Shown here: piece after piece, positions 62,951 to 64,000 of the stretch
Layout: every line of letters starts with the position of its first letter
Position numbering within the stretch: position 1 is the stretch's first letter
Origin: Acanthaster planci
Taxonomy: Eukaryota
Direction: 5' to 3'
Length of the DNA stretch: 64,000 bases
Assembly: GCF_001949145.1 (NCBI RefSeq)
Contig: NW_019091358.1
Location: forward strand, 992,961 to 1,056,960
The notes under the pieces: model-generated
The model's input: only the letters and a program-made list of their open reading frames with translations
The model's database searches: none
What the model was told of the DNA's origin: nothing
Program-made: the position numbers and the translations under genes

Positions 62951-63316
62951 CACTATGACATGTCGAACTACGCCCCACGGCATGGCAGCGTATCGTACTA
63001 TGACATGTCAAACCATGCGGCATGGCAGCGTATCATACTATGACATGTCAAACTATGCCCTACGGCATGGCAGTGTATCATACTATGACATGTCAAACCA
63101 CGCGACATGGCACGGTATCGTACTATGACATGTCAAACTATGCCCTACGGCATGGCAGTGTATCATACTATGACATGTCAAACCACGCAACATGGCACGG
63201 TATCGTACTATGACATGTCAAACTATGCCCCACGGCATGGCAGCGTATCGTACTATGACATGTCAAACCATGCGGCATGGCAGCGTATCATACCATGACA
63301 TGTCAAACTATGCCCC
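62951..63316. repeat. Minisatellite with alternating 45-bp and 40-bp units (85-bp higher-order period) in ACSS1 intron 1
   Basis: Nine unit starts TA(C)TATGACATGTCAAAC. The ORF track echoes the period at 63022, 63107 and 63192. Confidence 0.95.
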
Positions 63317-63844
63317 AGAGATTTACATTATGAGATTTACATGTGCATCACTTATTTTCTGTTGCACTGGTTGATGAGCCATCAGAAAGGGATAACATGT
63401 CCTAAAATGTCAAATTTGCAATAAAAATATTAAAGCATGTTCTTAGAAAACAGAGAATTTTCCAGACCCGGGTTTATGCACAGAGCGTCAAGTGATGTCC
63501 AGTGTATGGAACACTTTCCGATATTTGTTTGAAAAAAATCAAAAATATTAAATATCAAATTAAGATTTGTTTTTAGAGCTGGCAGTGATGAAGCAACCAA
63601 CTAATTTTAATCAGCCCAATCAGATGTTAGTTAAGCCTGTTACCAGTCGCATCCCAACTGACATTGATACCGGTAGGCCGAGCCTCCATTACTGTACATG
63701 TAGCTGGGATAGTGGGCCAGTCCAACCATAGCACATACATAACTTGCCATTGTGTGTCATAGCATGTGTCAACGTCATTTCATTTCACGGATCAGCATCT
63801 TGTGCTTGTAGAAATTAGTTCTTATATGTGTGATGATGAAATGG

Positions 63845-64000
63845 CAGGTTGGCAAACTGCCCGAGTACAAGTACCGGTACTGGTGCCATCAGTTTGAGTA
63901 CGAGTACTTCACCATTTGAGTACAAGTGTTAATACTCACCATGCTCACCCGAGTAGTTCTTGAGTATCATACTGTGCATGTATGTAAGTAAGTACTGAGT
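63845..64000. mobile_element. Probable MITE with GAGTAC subrepeats, truncated by the window end
   Basis: CAGGTTGG start followed by repeated GAGTAC/AGTACT motifs. Confidence 0.45.

Noticed and set aside
62951..63316. CRISPR-like repeat/spacer appearance and Met-rich ORFs
   Set aside because: The intervening sequences are themselves repeated, there are no cas genes, and the context is a eukaryotic intron. The ORFs are artefacts of the satellite.

Overview
Eukaryotic (animal) genomic scaffold of roughly 40% GC with two sized gaps. Gene content and repeat style suggest an invertebrate deuterostome, probably an echinoderm/sea star (inference only). Four protein-coding genes are supported: (1) a giant-like PAR-bZIP transcription factor on the minus strand (CDS 20936-21724, PLDLS CtBP motif, non-coding first exon, TATA promoter near 22400) sitting in a ~50 kb gene-poor regulatory domain; (2) a two-exon mitochondrial METTL12/CSKMT citrate-synthase lysine methyltransferase (55371-55518 + 56578-57242); (3) a convergent three-finger C2H2 zinc-finger gene (59717-60382, minus); (4) the first coding exon of mitochondrial acetyl-CoA synthetase ACSS1 (61354-61726), divergent from the zinc-finger gene. 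The rest is non-coding with many small non-autonomous transposons (hAT-type MITEs with 8-bp TSDs, TTAA-flanked MITEs, a long-TIR MITE, a foldback element), a head-to-head tRNA-derived element, a LINE 3' tail and several tandem repeats. The best leads are a ~2 kb decayed intronless ORF of unknown family, a splice-dependent overlapping uORF and perfect D-boxes around giant, a dense nuclear-receptor half-site cluster, a nested multi-hairpin 300-nt element, and ~10-fold enrichment of TACATGTA/TAGGCCTA. No CRISPR, rRNA or functional tRNA was found. No clearly new multi-gene system can be proven from sequence alone.
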